Below, piece after piece: positions 19,201 to 27,401 of a DNA stretch of 64,000 nt (position 1 is the stretch's first letter; each line of letters opens with the position of its first letter). The notes beneath the pieces are model-generated. The model did no database searches. It was not told where the DNA came from and saw only the letters and a program-made list of their open reading frames with translations. The position numbers and the translations under genes were made by a program. Location of the stretch: contig CAKUCX010000008.1 in NCBI GenBank assembly GCA_934643865.1, positions 2,125-66,124 on the forward strand, written 5' to 3'. This DNA comes from an uncultured Kiritimatiellota bacterium. Its GTDB lineage: Bacteria; Verrucomicrobiota; Kiritimatiellia; RFP12; UBA1067.

Positions 19201-20093
19201 ACAATCCCGCCACCGCCCTGGAGGAATACGACAACGGCCTCGACGAGGCGGATCCCGGCCTCTCCTTCGCGCTCACCTACGATCCCGACGCGAAGGCCAG
19301 GACCTCCACGCGCGGCAAGGCGAAGCCGCGCATCGCGATCCTGCGCGAGCAGGGCGTCAACGGACACGTCGAGATGGGCGCGGCGTTCGCGCTCGCGGGG
19401 TTCGAGAGCGTGGACGTCCACATGACGGACCTTCTCGCGGGCCGCGTGGACCTCGCCGACTTCCAGGGTCTCGTCGCGTGCGGCGGCTTCAGCTACGGCG
19501 ACGTCCTCGGCGCGGGTTCGGGCTGGGCGCGTTCCATCCTCTTCAACCGCAGGCTGAAGGCCATGTTCAAGGCGTTCTTCCACCGCAAGGACACCTTCTC
19601 GCTCGGCGTGTGCAACGGCTGCCAGATGCTCTCGCAGCTCAAGGACCTCATCCCGGGGGCGCAGGATTGGCCGCAGTTCAAGCGCAACACGTCCGAGCAG
19701 TTCGAGGCGCGTTTCTGCACGCTCGAAGTGCTCGATTCGCCCTCGATCTTCTTCAAGGGCATGGCCGGAAGCCGCGTGCCGATCGCCGTCGCGCACGGCG
19801 AGGGGCGCGTCGTCTTCCCCGAAGGCGTGGACGGTGCGAAGGCGAAGGCGGCCCTCCGCTACGTGGACGGGCGCGGCGCGGCGACGGAACGCTATCCGTG
19901 GAACCCGAACGGGTCGGCGGGCGGCCTCACGGCCTTCACGACGAAGGACGGGCGCGCGACAATCATGATGCCGCACCCGGAGCGCGGCTTCCGCGCCTGC
20001 CAGCTCTCCTATCGCGGCGGCCTCTTCGACGGCGAGGCGGGCCCGTGGATGCGGATGTTCCGCAACGCCTATGCGTTCGCGATGGAAGGCTGA
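16215..20093 (+). CDS. purL: phosphoribosylformylglycinamidine (FGAM) synthase, single-chain large form, 1292 aa
   Basis: Start reset to ATG 16215 ([19 protein letters not shown]); upstream ORF residues are Arg/Ser junk. The AIR-synthase-like repeats are present. The C-terminal amidotransferase has GVCNGCQML and MMPHPERGF. Confidence 0.95.
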   Translation: MKMKPILLSGTAAYSQFRLDALRAALAARAPALAQADITATWVYALQSEGNGPDDATRARAATLLNAVGDEPALEDGAFYVTPRKGTISPWSSKATDIFRNCGLAGIARVERGIRFRIKPAFDRSDAQLLNALHDRMTEGVYDTLDDLFDCPPPRPGRTFDVMAKGVAAIREANAELGLAISEPEMQYLAESFAAAGRNPTDTELVMFGQVNSEHCRHKIFGAKFIIDGREMPNALFGMIKNTHKKNGKGTLVAYKDNSSVVEGFETEMFLPNGAGGRTPGKEHVYGFRKVQLDQLMKVETHNHPTAISPFPGAATGVGGEIRDEAATGSGSRTHAGICGFMVSDLHIPGFPQPWEREYAEFPKRLATPLAIMTEGPLGGAAFGNEFGRPQLTGFFRTYEGEAAGLYRGYHKPIMLAGGQGVIVRDQVEKKPVPTGAYIVQIGGPAMRIGLGGGAASSMMTGTNDEALDFNSVQRGNAEMQRRCQGVINACAAMGKKNPVLSIHDIGAGGLSNGCPELVEATGGRFELRKVHNEEPSMSPMEIWCCEAQERYVLALRRDARAAFEALCARERCPVAFIGEATGDGRLVLEDDYFHDRPIDMDIKVLLGKPPRMVRDVTRVATPHAKLNLKEVKPQDAFFRLLHLPTVADKTFLVTITDRSVTGLVARDQMVGPYQLPAADCAVTTMGYKTLHGQAMATGERTPVALLDGPASARLAITEALTNLAAADCGTIRNVRLSANWMAPCGEPGEDANLYDTVQEAGLNFCPALGISIPVGKDSCSMHTTWTDSKGASHRQVAPLSLVVSSFSPVADVTLTLTPDLKPGASKLVYVDLGHGANRLGASCLAQVYNQLGDAPADADAPSVKAFFNAMQKIVAARLALAYHDRSDGGLAVTLAEMAVTGGRGLAATLPDGDALAALFSEEPGAVLQVADANLADVLAIFRKAGLADDVHVIGAPVDDRTFTLAVGCRRTLATTVTEIRRAWSETTYHMQARRDNPATALEEYDNGLDEADPGLSFALTYDPDAKARTSTRGKAKPRIAILREQGVNGHVEMGAAFALAGFESVDVHMTDLLAGRVDLADFQGLVACGGFSYGDVLGAGSGWARSILFNRRLKAMFKAFFHRKDTFSLGVCNGCQMLSQLKDLIPGAQDWPQFKRNTSEQFEARFCTLEVLDSPSIFFKGMAGSRVPIAVAHGEGRVVFPEGVDGAKAKAALRYVDGRGAATERYPWNPNGSAGGLTAFTTKDGRATIMMPHPERGFRACQLSYRGGLFDGEAGPWMRMFRNAYAFAMEG

Positions 20094-20104
20094 GGGGGGC
20101 GGAC

Positions 20105-20329
20105 ATGGACTGCGCGAAGCCGACGTTCGAGGAGGCGCTCCGGAAGCTGGAGACGCTCGTGGGCGAGATGGAAAGCGGGGAGCTGCCGCTCGACGAGATG
20201 ATGAAGCGCTTCGAGGAGGGAAGGCGCCTCGTCGCGTCGTGTACGTCCGAGCTGGCGTCCATCCGCCGGCGCGTGGAGGAGGCCGTCGCCGCCCCGGACG
20301 GGCCGACAGGCGATGAGGGGGCGCGATGA
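20105..20329 (+). CDS. xseB: exodeoxyribonuclease VII small subunit
   Basis: This 74-aa protein, MDCAKPTFEEALRKLETLVGEMESGELPLDEMMKRFEEGRRLV..., matches the XseB helical-hairpin pattern. It starts 11 nt after the purL stop, with GAGGGGGG upstream. Confidence 0.85.
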   Translation: MDCAKPTFEEALRKLETLVGEMESGELPLDEMMKRFEEGRRLVASCTSELASIRRRVEEAVAAPDGPTGDEGAR

Positions 20330-21465
20330 CGCGGGACATCTACGTCCAGGCGCGCGCCGACCACATCGCCTCGCTCGCGCGCGCGACGCCGCTCTCGGCC
20401 GTGGAGGAACTCGTGTGGAACGCGCTCGACGCGGACGCGCGCGAGGTGCGGATCGAGCTCGTGCAGAACGCGCTCGGCGGCGTCGACGAGATCCGCGTCG
20501 CGGACGACGGCTGCGGCATCGACATCCTGCGCGTCGAGGACACGTTCGGCGCGCTCGGCGGCAGCTGGAAGCGGGAGGAGGGCGCGGCGACGGCGAGGGC
20601 CCGCCGCCGCCTCCACGGCCGCCACGGCTGCGGGCGCTTCAAGGCGTTCGCGCTCGGCACGCACGTCACGTGGCGCACGACGATGCGCGCGGGCGGCGAA
20701 CTCCTCTCCTACGCGCTCGAAGGGGACGCCGCCGAGCCGGGCGTCTTCCGCATCCACGAGACGCCGACGGGGCCCGCGCCGGGGACGGAGGTCGCGGTCA
20801 CGGGCGTCCGGGCGGCGGCGGACGCGCTCACGGCGCCCGGCCCGGCGGTGCAGGCGCTCGCCGCGAAGTTCGCGCTCTACCTCAAGGCCTACCCCGACGT
20901 GCGGATCTGGTTCTGCGGCATCCCCGTCTCGCCCGTCATCGTGCAGAAGGCGGCGGCGACGTACGAGGTGCGGCTCGACGGCGGCCCGTCCGCAAGGCTG
21001 GAGGTGATCGAGTGGCGCAGGAAGTTCCCCGGGAGGGGGCGCATCGTCTTCTGCGGGCAGGGCGGCTTCACGCTCCACGAGCGGCCTTCCGGCGTCCGCT
21101 CGGGCCTGCCCTTCAGCTACACGGCCTACCTCGTGGGCGACCGCTTCGGCGCGCTCGCCGCCGAGAACGCGCTCGTGATGGACGAACTCCACCCCGAGGT
21201 GCGGGCCTGGCTCGACGCGGCGCGGAAGGCCCTCAAGGCGCATTTCCGGCGGCGCGCCGACGAGGAGGCGGCCGCGCGCCTCGCGAAGTGGATCGCCGAG
21301 AAGAGCTATCCGTTCGCGGCCGACGACGCCTCGCCCGAGCGGGCGCGCTTCGACGCGCGCGTCGCCGACCTGCGCGCGCACCTGGAGGGCTTCGACGCGC
21401 TCGCGGCCGCCGAGCGCGCCTACCTCTTCCGGCTGCTGCTGGGCCCGGGCCGGGAGGGCGCATGA
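20326..21465 (+). CDS. stand-alone GHKL (Bergerat-fold, HATPase_c_3-like) ATPase, 379 aa
   Basis: It has an N-box VEELVWNALDADA, a G1 box DDGCGI and a G2-like GRHGCGRFKAF. Its ATG overlaps the xseB stop (ATGA at 20326-20329). Confidence 0.7.
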   Translation: MTRDIYVQARADHIASLARATPLSAVEELVWNALDADAREVRIELVQNALGGVDEIRVADDGCGIDILRVEDTFGALGGSWKREEGAATARARRRLHGRHGCGRFKAFALGTHVTWRTTMRAGGELLSYALEGDAAEPGVFRIHETPTGPAPGTEVAVTGVRAAADALTAPGPAVQALAAKFALYLKAYPDVRIWFCGIPVSPVIVQKAAATYEVRLDGGPSARLEVIEWRRKFPGRGRIVFCGQGGFTLHERPSGVRSGLPFSYTAYLVGDRFGALAAENALVMDELHPEVRAWLDAARKALKAHFRRRADEEAAARLAKWIAEKSYPFAADDASPERARFDARVADLRAHLEGFDALAAAERAYLFRLLLGPGREGA

Positions 21466-21478
21466 GGCCGTGAAAGTA

Positions 21479-21487
21479 TGGTATACT
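21479..21487 (+). promoter_or_regulatory. extended -10 box TGGTATACT for rny
   Basis: It lies 35 nt upstream of ATG 21522, in the 56-nt gap after the GHKL gene. Confidence 0.6.
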
Positions 21488-21521
21488 GGACGCTCCGCCC
21501 GCCTTTAGACTTTTCCCCACT

Positions 21522-23102
21522 ATGCTCTTCGCGCTCTCAAGTACGACCTGGGACGGCCTTTCGGACGGCGTCGCGATCCTCATCATCGCGGCCCTGCTCC
21601 TGGTTGGCCTCTTTCTCGGCTACGCGCTGCGCGGCCTCGTCGGCCGCTGGCAGGCGGAGGCCATCGAGAAGCGCATGCGCCTCCGGGAGGAGGAGGCCGA
21701 GGCCGACATCAAGGCGCGCCTCAAGGAGGCGGACATCTCCGCGCGCGCGGCGGTGGTGAAGGCGAAGGAGGCGTTCGAGGCGTCCACGAAGAAGCGGCGC
21801 GCCGAATGGGAGGCGGCGGACGCACGCCAGGCGCAGCGCGAGGCGAACCTCGACCGCAAGGCCGCCGCGCTCGACGTGCGCGAAGGCGCGGTCAACGCGA
21901 AGGCCGAGGCGGCGGACGCGGCGGCGAAGACGGCCCGCGCGCGGGGCGACGCGGCGGAGGCGCGCCTCCAGGCGCTCGCGAAGATGACGCACGCCGAGGC
22001 GCGCAAGGAGATCTTGACGCGGGCGAACGCCGAGCTGCGCGCCGACGCCGCGATTCTCAGCCGCCGCATCCAGGAGGCCGCGCGCGAGCAGGGCGAAACC
22101 CTGGCGGCCCGAATTGTGGCGGATGCGATGCAGCGCTGCGCCGTGTCCCATGTGGAGGCGCTGGCGACGACCACCGTGGCGCTGCCCAACACCGAGATGA
22201 AGGGGCGCATCGTGGGGCGCGACGGGCGCAACGTGCGGGCCTTTGAGTCTGCGACGGGCGTGCAGCTCCTTCTGGACGACGCGCCGGACGCGGTCGTCCT
22301 CTCGGCGTTCGACCCCCTCCGCCGCGAAATCGCGCGCCGTGCGCTTGTGGCTCTTGTGGCCGACGGCCGCATCCACCCCGCGTCCATCGAGGCCGCCGTC
22401 GCCGCCGCGCAGGCCGCCCTTGAACAGACGTGCGAGGAAAAGGGCGCCGAGGCGGCCGCCGAAGCCGGCGTCGCGGGGCTTCCCGCCGAGACGCTGCGCC
22501 TCATGGGCGCGCTCCATTTCCGGCTCTCCCTCTCGCAGAACGTGCTGCGGCACGCCGTGGAGGTGGCGCTCCTCGCGGGCGCGATGGCCTCGGAGATGAA
22601 GCTCGACGCCGCGCGGGCCCGGCGCGTCGGCTTCCTGCACGACATCGGCAAGGCGATCACGGCGGAGAAGCGCGGCGCGCACGCGGCCCTTGGCGCGGAG
22701 TTCCTGCTCGCGCACGGCGAGGACGCGGCGGTGTGCGCCGCCGTCGCGGCGCACCACGCCGATCCGGGCACGGACGGCGGTGTGTACGGGGTTCTCTGCG
22801 CGGCGGCGGACGCGATCTCCTCCGCGCGCCCGGGCGCGCGCCAGGAGAACGTGGGCGACTACATCCAGCGCCTGGAGAACTTGGAGAAGATCGCGAAGGC
22901 GCATGCGGGCGTGCTGCACGTCTACGCCGTGCAGGCGGGGCGCGATCTGCGCGTCGTCGTCGATCCGTCCGTGGTCGGCGACTCGGCCGCCGCCGAGCTC
23001 GCGGGCGAGATCTGCCGCGACATCTCCGCGCAGCTGAAGTTCCCCGGCATGATCCGCGTGACGGTCGTGCGCGAGCTGCGCTGCGTCGAGTACGCGAAGT
23101 GA
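21522..23102 (+). CDS. rny: ribonuclease Y
   Basis: It has an N-terminal TM helix, a charged coiled coil, a KH motif GRIVGRDGRNVRAFESATGV and an HD domain ...FLHDIGKA.... Confidence 0.95.
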   Translation: MLFALSSTTWDGLSDGVAILIIAALLLVGLFLGYALRGLVGRWQAEAIEKRMRLREEEAEADIKARLKEADISARAAVVKAKEAFEASTKKRRAEWEAADARQAQREANLDRKAAALDVREGAVNAKAEAADAAAKTARARGDAAEARLQALAKMTHAEARKEILTRANAELRADAAILSRRIQEAAREQGETLAARIVADAMQRCAVSHVEALATTTVALPNTEMKGRIVGRDGRNVRAFESATGVQLLLDDAPDAVVLSAFDPLRREIARRALVALVADGRIHPASIEAAVAAAQAALEQTCEEKGAEAAAEAGVAGLPAETLRLMGALHFRLSLSQNVLRHAVEVALLAGAMASEMKLDAARARRVGFLHDIGKAITAEKRGAHAALGAEFLLAHGEDAAVCAAVAAHHADPGTDGGVYGVLCAAADAISSARPGARQENVGDYIQRLENLEKIAKAHAGVLHVYAVQAGRDLRVVVDPSVVGDSAAAELAGEICRDISAQLKFPGMIRVTVVRELRCVEYAK

Positions 23103-23138
23103 GCGATTGGTGAAATGGTTGAAGTGAGGAGGCGTTGC

Positions 23139-24839
23139 ATGAAGAAAGTCATGAAGAAGTCCGTGGTCCTGTTCTGCCTTGTGGCGGGCGGGCTGTTCGC
23201 GTCGGAGCAGGTCGCGCCGGCGCCCGAGCTGGTCGCGACGGTGGAGCTGGCGTCCTTTGGCGACATCTCGAAGAAGGCCGTCAACCTGGGGACGATGGTC
23301 AACAACCCGCTTCTCCCCACGCTCCTGATCGGCGCGGGGCAGGAACGGCTCGCCCAGACATACGGCCGCTTCCGGAGCGACGCGCCGATGTACGGGTTCG
23401 TCTATGCGCGCACGACGAACGACGTCGCCACCGTGGTCGTCTATCCGAGTGCGGACGGGCCGGCGAAGATGCTGCTGGACCATCCCGGCGCGACGAAGGA
23501 CGACGACGGGACGCTCCGCCTCCCCGCCGACGAGCAGAACGAGGCGGCGCGCTGGGTGACGTTCACGGGCGACCGGCGCTTCTGCGCGATCGCGCCGTCG
23601 GCGGCGTTGGCCCGGCGCGCGCTCGGGGACTTCGCCGCCCGCGCCGCGCCCGCGCCGGCCGCGCGCCCGCTCGTGCGCATCGACGTCACGGCGGCGGGGT
23701 TGCGGACGTGCGAGCAGCTTGCGTCCTTCGCGGGCGCGACGCTCACGCTCGACCTGGACGACAAGGGCCTTGTCGCCGAAGGGCGCCTCGCCGCGCGGCC
23801 GGGCGCGCCGGCGCCCGTCGGCGCGGGCGACGCGCTGCCCGCCGGGGCGCTCGACCGCCTTCCCGCCGGGGCGCCGTTCTTCGGGGCGATGGCGTCGCGC
23901 CTGGCGTGCGGCACGACGTCGGAGGCCGCCTTCCGGGCGGATCTGGAGGCCGCCGCCGCGCAGATCCAGACGAATCTTGCCGCGTTCGTGCAGGGAGACG
24001 CGAAGACGAAGGCGTATGCGCCGCTTGCGCGCGAGGCGGCGGACGCGCTCGTGGCGCTTCTGCGCGAGGGCGCGTCCTATCCGGCGGCGGCGGACTGGAC
24101 GGGGAGCGCGCTCGTGTTCGACGCGCAGCTGCGCCCCGCGTTCGTCTCCGCCGGCGCGTCGGCGGCGGCGCACAAGGCGGTCGCGGCGACGACGGCGTTC
24201 TTCGACCGCCTTGCGCGGGCCTTTGCGCGGCAGTGGCCGGGGAGGAAGATCCTCGTGAAGGCGGAGACGGGCTTCGTCGTCGACTGGGCGGAGGCGATCG
24301 ACGTCGGCGCGGCGGCCTCGGGCCTGGCGGACGGCAAGGAGACGGCGAAGGCGCTGGCGACGGCCAAGAAGACGGTGGCGGCCGTCCTCGGCGACACGAA
24401 GACGGTGCTTGCCTACAAGGCCGACGGGACGCAGATCGCGTCGCGCGTGGCCGCACCCGCGTTCGCGCTGCCGCAGGGGAAGCCGACGGGCGAGGCGCGC
24501 GTGGCGGCCGCCCTGCCGGAGACCGTCGCGGCGCGTCCCGGCGCCGCCTTCTCCCTTTCGCTCTATGCGCTCGCGCGCGAGGCCGTTCTGCCCATCATGG
24601 CGCGCGTCGCCGCCGAGAAGGACGCGAAGCAGTACGCGGCGATGCGCGCGGCGATGCCGGCGGCGGCGCCGAACAGCGCCATCGCGGGCGCGTTCTGGGC
24701 CGGGAAGGACGGCGCCTGCCGGGGGATCCTGCGCATCACGGCGAACGAGCTGAAGAACTTCGGCGCGGCGTTCAACGCCTTCACGGCGGCGGCGCTCTCG
24801 TCCACGTCCGACGACGACGACGAGGACGGCGACGAATAA
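23139..24839 (+). CDS. secreted Ala-rich hypothetical protein with poly-acidic C-terminus
   Basis: Start reset to ATG 23139 (MKKVMKKSVVLFCLVAGGLFA), with GGAGG upstream. The protein ends ...SSTSDDDDEDGDE. No family was recognised. Confidence 0.6.
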   Translation: MKKVMKKSVVLFCLVAGGLFASEQVAPAPELVATVELASFGDISKKAVNLGTMVNNPLLPTLLIGAGQERLAQTYGRFRSDAPMYGFVYARTTNDVATVVVYPSADGPAKMLLDHPGATKDDDGTLRLPADEQNEAARWVTFTGDRRFCAIAPSAALARRALGDFAARAAPAPAARPLVRIDVTAAGLRTCEQLASFAGATLTLDLDDKGLVAEGRLAARPGAPAPVGAGDALPAGALDRLPAGAPFFGAMASRLACGTTSEAAFRADLEAAAAQIQTNLAAFVQGDAKTKAYAPLAREAADALVALLREGASYPAAADWTGSALVFDAQLRPAFVSAGASAAAHKAVAATTAFFDRLARAFARQWPGRKILVKAETGFVVDWAEAIDVGAAASGLADGKETAKALATAKKTVAAVLGDTKTVLAYKADGTQIASRVAAPAFALPQGKPTGEARVAAALPETVAARPGAAFSLSLYALAREAVLPIMARVAAEKDAKQYAAMRAAMPAAAPNSAIAGAFWAGKDGACRGILRITANELKNFGAAFNAFTAAALSSTSDDDDEDGDE

Positions 24840-24851
24840 GGAGGCGCGGGC

Positions 24852-26150
24852 GTGGACGCATGCACGGTCTTTGTCTGCGGGCACCGCAACCCCGACTGCG
24901 ATTCGGTCATGAGCGCCTACGCGCTCGCCGACCTGCGCCGCCGCACGGGGCTCTCCAACGTCGAGCCGCTGTGCGCCGGGCGCCTGCCGGACCGCGCGCA
25001 GTGGGTGTTCGACCGCTTCGGGCTCGTGCCGCCCGCCTCGCGCGGCGACGTGTACGTGCGCGTGCGCGACCTCATCGCGCCGGACGTGCCGATCATCCCG
25101 GCGGACATGCCGCTCATCGACGCCCTGCGCGCGCTGGAGGCCTCCGGCGAGTCGTCCCTGCCCGTGGCCGGCGCGGACGGGCGCTTCCGGGGGATGCTCT
25201 CGCCCGCGAAGCTCCTCGCGCTCTTCATCGCGAAGGACGACCTCGCGCGCCCGACGGGCGAGGCCCCGCTCCACGCCTGCACGCAGGTACTCGCGGCGAC
25301 GGACCGCGTCCACGACGTGAAGCCCGCCGCGCTCCGCAACGCCCACAACCACTTCCCCGTCGTGGACGGGGACGGGCGGCTTCTCGGCACGGTGCTGAAG
25401 CGCGCGTTCGCCGAGACCCCGCCGTTCCGCATGATCCTCGTCGACCACAACGAGACGGCGCAGGGCATCCCCGGCCTGGAGGAGATCCCCGTCATCGAGG
25501 TCGTCGACCACCACCGCATCTCGTTCACCTCCACGCCCGAGCCGATCAAGTACATGGCGGACGCCGTGGGGTCCACCTGCACGCTCGTCGCGCGGATGTT
25601 CCGCGGCGCGGGGCTGCGGCCCTCGAAGGAAGTCGCAGGCGTGCTGCTCGCGGGCGTCGTCGCCGACACGCTCCTCTTCCAGTCCCCCACGGCGACCGGA
25701 GAGGACCGCACGTGCGCGGCGTGGCTGGAGAAGATCTGCGGCCTGTCGGCGCAGGCCCTGATGGACGGCATGATGTCCGTCGCCTCCGCGCTCCATTCGA
25801 TGACGCCCGAGAAGGCAGTCGATTCGGACCGCAAGGCATACGCGGAAGGCGGCTGGTCGTTCTCGCTCGCGCAGCTTGAGGAGGCCAACCTCGCCTTCTT
25901 CCACAACCGGCGCGCCGCGCTGGACGCGGAGCTGGCGCGCGTCCTCGCCCGGGAGAAGCTCGACTTCGCCGCGCTCCTCGTGACGGACCCCGTGCGGGGA
26001 AACTCCGAGCTCCTCTTCCGGGGCGCGGAGGTGGTGCGGCGCGCGCTCCCCTGGCGCACGGATGCGGGCGGGATCTTCCTGCTGCCGGGCGTCCTCTCGC
26101 GCAAGAAGCAGCTTCTGCCCGCCATCCTCTCCACGCTCGCGACGCTCTGA
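24852..26150 (+). CDS. DHH-CBS-DHHA2 phosphoesterase, probably a CBS-domain family II inorganic pyrophosphatase
   Basis: It starts at GTG, 9 nt after AAGGAGG. DHH motifs are GHRNPDCDS, DHNE and VVDHHRI, with a CBS-like insert between motifs II and III. Confidence 0.75.
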   Translation: MDACTVFVCGHRNPDCDSVMSAYALADLRRRTGLSNVEPLCAGRLPDRAQWVFDRFGLVPPASRGDVYVRVRDLIAPDVPIIPADMPLIDALRALEASGESSLPVAGADGRFRGMLSPAKLLALFIAKDDLARPTGEAPLHACTQVLAATDRVHDVKPAALRNAHNHFPVVDGDGRLLGTVLKRAFAETPPFRMILVDHNETAQGIPGLEEIPVIEVVDHHRISFTSTPEPIKYMADAVGSTCTLVARMFRGAGLRPSKEVAGVLLAGVVADTLLFQSPTATGEDRTCAAWLEKICGLSAQALMDGMMSVASALHSMTPEKAVDSDRKAYAEGGWSFSLAQLEEANLAFFHNRRAALDAELARVLAREKLDFAALLVTDPVRGNSELLFRGAEVVRRALPWRTDAGGIFLLPGVLSRKKQLLPAILSTLATL

Positions 26151-26171
26151 ACGGACGGCCGCCGCGCGCGC

Positions 26172-27401
26172 CTACTTCAGCAGCGTCCGGAGCATCGCGG
26201 CGATGGCGTCGCCCATCTGACGGCCGCCGACCTCCGACGGGTGGACGGCGTTGACGTTCCGCAGAACCGTGGCGTCCGAACGGGCGCTGACGGGCCGCCG
26301 CGCGCGGATAAAGCCCTCGACGGGATCGATGGCATGGGCGACGGGCAGCAGCAGCAGCCTCGGGTCGCCCTTCGCCTTCACGAACGCGTCGAACGCGCGG
26401 TTGAGGGCGAAGATGATCTTGCGGTGCTGCACCGCGTTCCAGCCCGAGCCGTAGTTCGCGGCGAAGCCGTCCTGAGAGGCGCCGACGGGCGACGTGCAGA
26501 GGAGATACGTGGCGTCGGGCATGTCTTCGCGCAGGCGCCTCAGAAGGCGGTCGGCGTCGACGAGGACGCTCCGCTCGATCCGCGCACGCAGCTCCGGCGC
26601 CTCGCCCCTGAAGTCAAAGACGCTGTTCACGCCCAGCTCGACCACGACGAAGTCCGGCGCCCGGCCCCCGTTGATCCGGTCGAGCCAGCGCCGGACGTCC
26701 ACGCTCTTCCTGCCGTTCTCGAACTTCACGAGCGGGCTGCGGAGAAGCCCCCGCTGCCAGGCGTGGACGATCTTGACCGGCACGCCCAAGGCCCTAAGCT
26801 GCTCGCGCTCGGCCGCGTCCTGGACGTTGGAGACCTCCTCCTCCGACACGCAGTAGCGCGTCAGGAACGTGCTGAACGTGAAGCCGCCGTAGCCGTCGTG
26901 CGGCACGCCGTTCGTCGTCGCGCTCCGCCGCGCGCCGACGGGCGTGTAGCCCGTGAAGCCGGCCGCACGCATGTCCCGGAAGAGCTGGTCCTGGTATCCG
27001 CTGTTCGTGAGCGAGTCCCCGAGAAGCGCGAGCGTCACCCGGCGCCGCGGGTCGCGCGGCGCGGCGGCGACCTCGACCGTCGTCGTGGCCGCGGCGACGA
27101 GCCCGCCGTCGTCCCAGGCGTTGACGACGAGCGCGAACGTCCGCCCCGCGTCCTCCTCCCCCGGCGTGAAGGTCCAGCGCGTGCATTCGGCGCGGCCCTT
27201 CGCGCAGAACGCCTGGTAGGCGTAGTTCTGCGGCACGACCGAGTCGAAGACGTTGCCGTAGTAGACGTTCAGCTCAAGGCCCGGCGCGGCGTAGAGGCGT
27301 TCGGGCAGATGGAAGGCGGGCGCGGCGAACGCCGCCCCCGCCGCCAGCGCCGCGCCCGCGAACACGGCCCGTCCGATCTTCGTCATCATGTCCATCCTCA
27401 C
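26172..27401 (-). CDS. secreted SGNH/GDSL-type hydrolase (esterase)
   Basis: A signal peptide is present. Block I is LALLGDSLTNSG and block V is like NAVHPS. Its ATG overlaps the stop of the upstream gene (ATGA at 27398-27401). Confidence 0.75.
   Translation of the reverse strand: MRMDMMTKIGRAVFAGAALAAGAAFAAPAFHLPERLYAAPGLELNVYYGNVFDSVVPQNYAYQAFCAKGRAECTRWTFTPGEEDAGRTFALVVNAWDDGGLVAAATTTVEVAAAPRDPRRRVTLALLGDSLTNSGYQDQLFRDMRAAGFTGYTPVGARRSATTNGVPHDGYGGFTFSTFLTRYCVSEEEVSNVQDAAEREQLRALGVPVKIVHAWQRGLLRSPLVKFENGRKSVDVRRWLDRINGGRAPDFVVVELGVNSVFDFRGEAPELRARIERSVLVDADRLLRRLREDMPDATYLLCTSPVGASQDGFAANYGSGWNAVQHRKIIFALNRAFDAFVKAKGDPRLLLLPVAHAIDPVEGFIRARRPVSARSDATVLRNVNAVHPSEVGGRQMGDAIAAMLRTLLK

Noticed and set aside
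16200-20339. 1379-aa minus-strand ORF
   Set aside because: It is antisense to purL and xseB. It has no recognisable motifs and an Arg/Ala-rich composition. The same reasoning applies to 21537..25904 (antisense to rny and neighbours), 6778..11034, 39340..42357, 2600..4393, 12757..15111, 27986..30571, 30871..32712, 32709..34559, 34706..37174 and 61029..62585.
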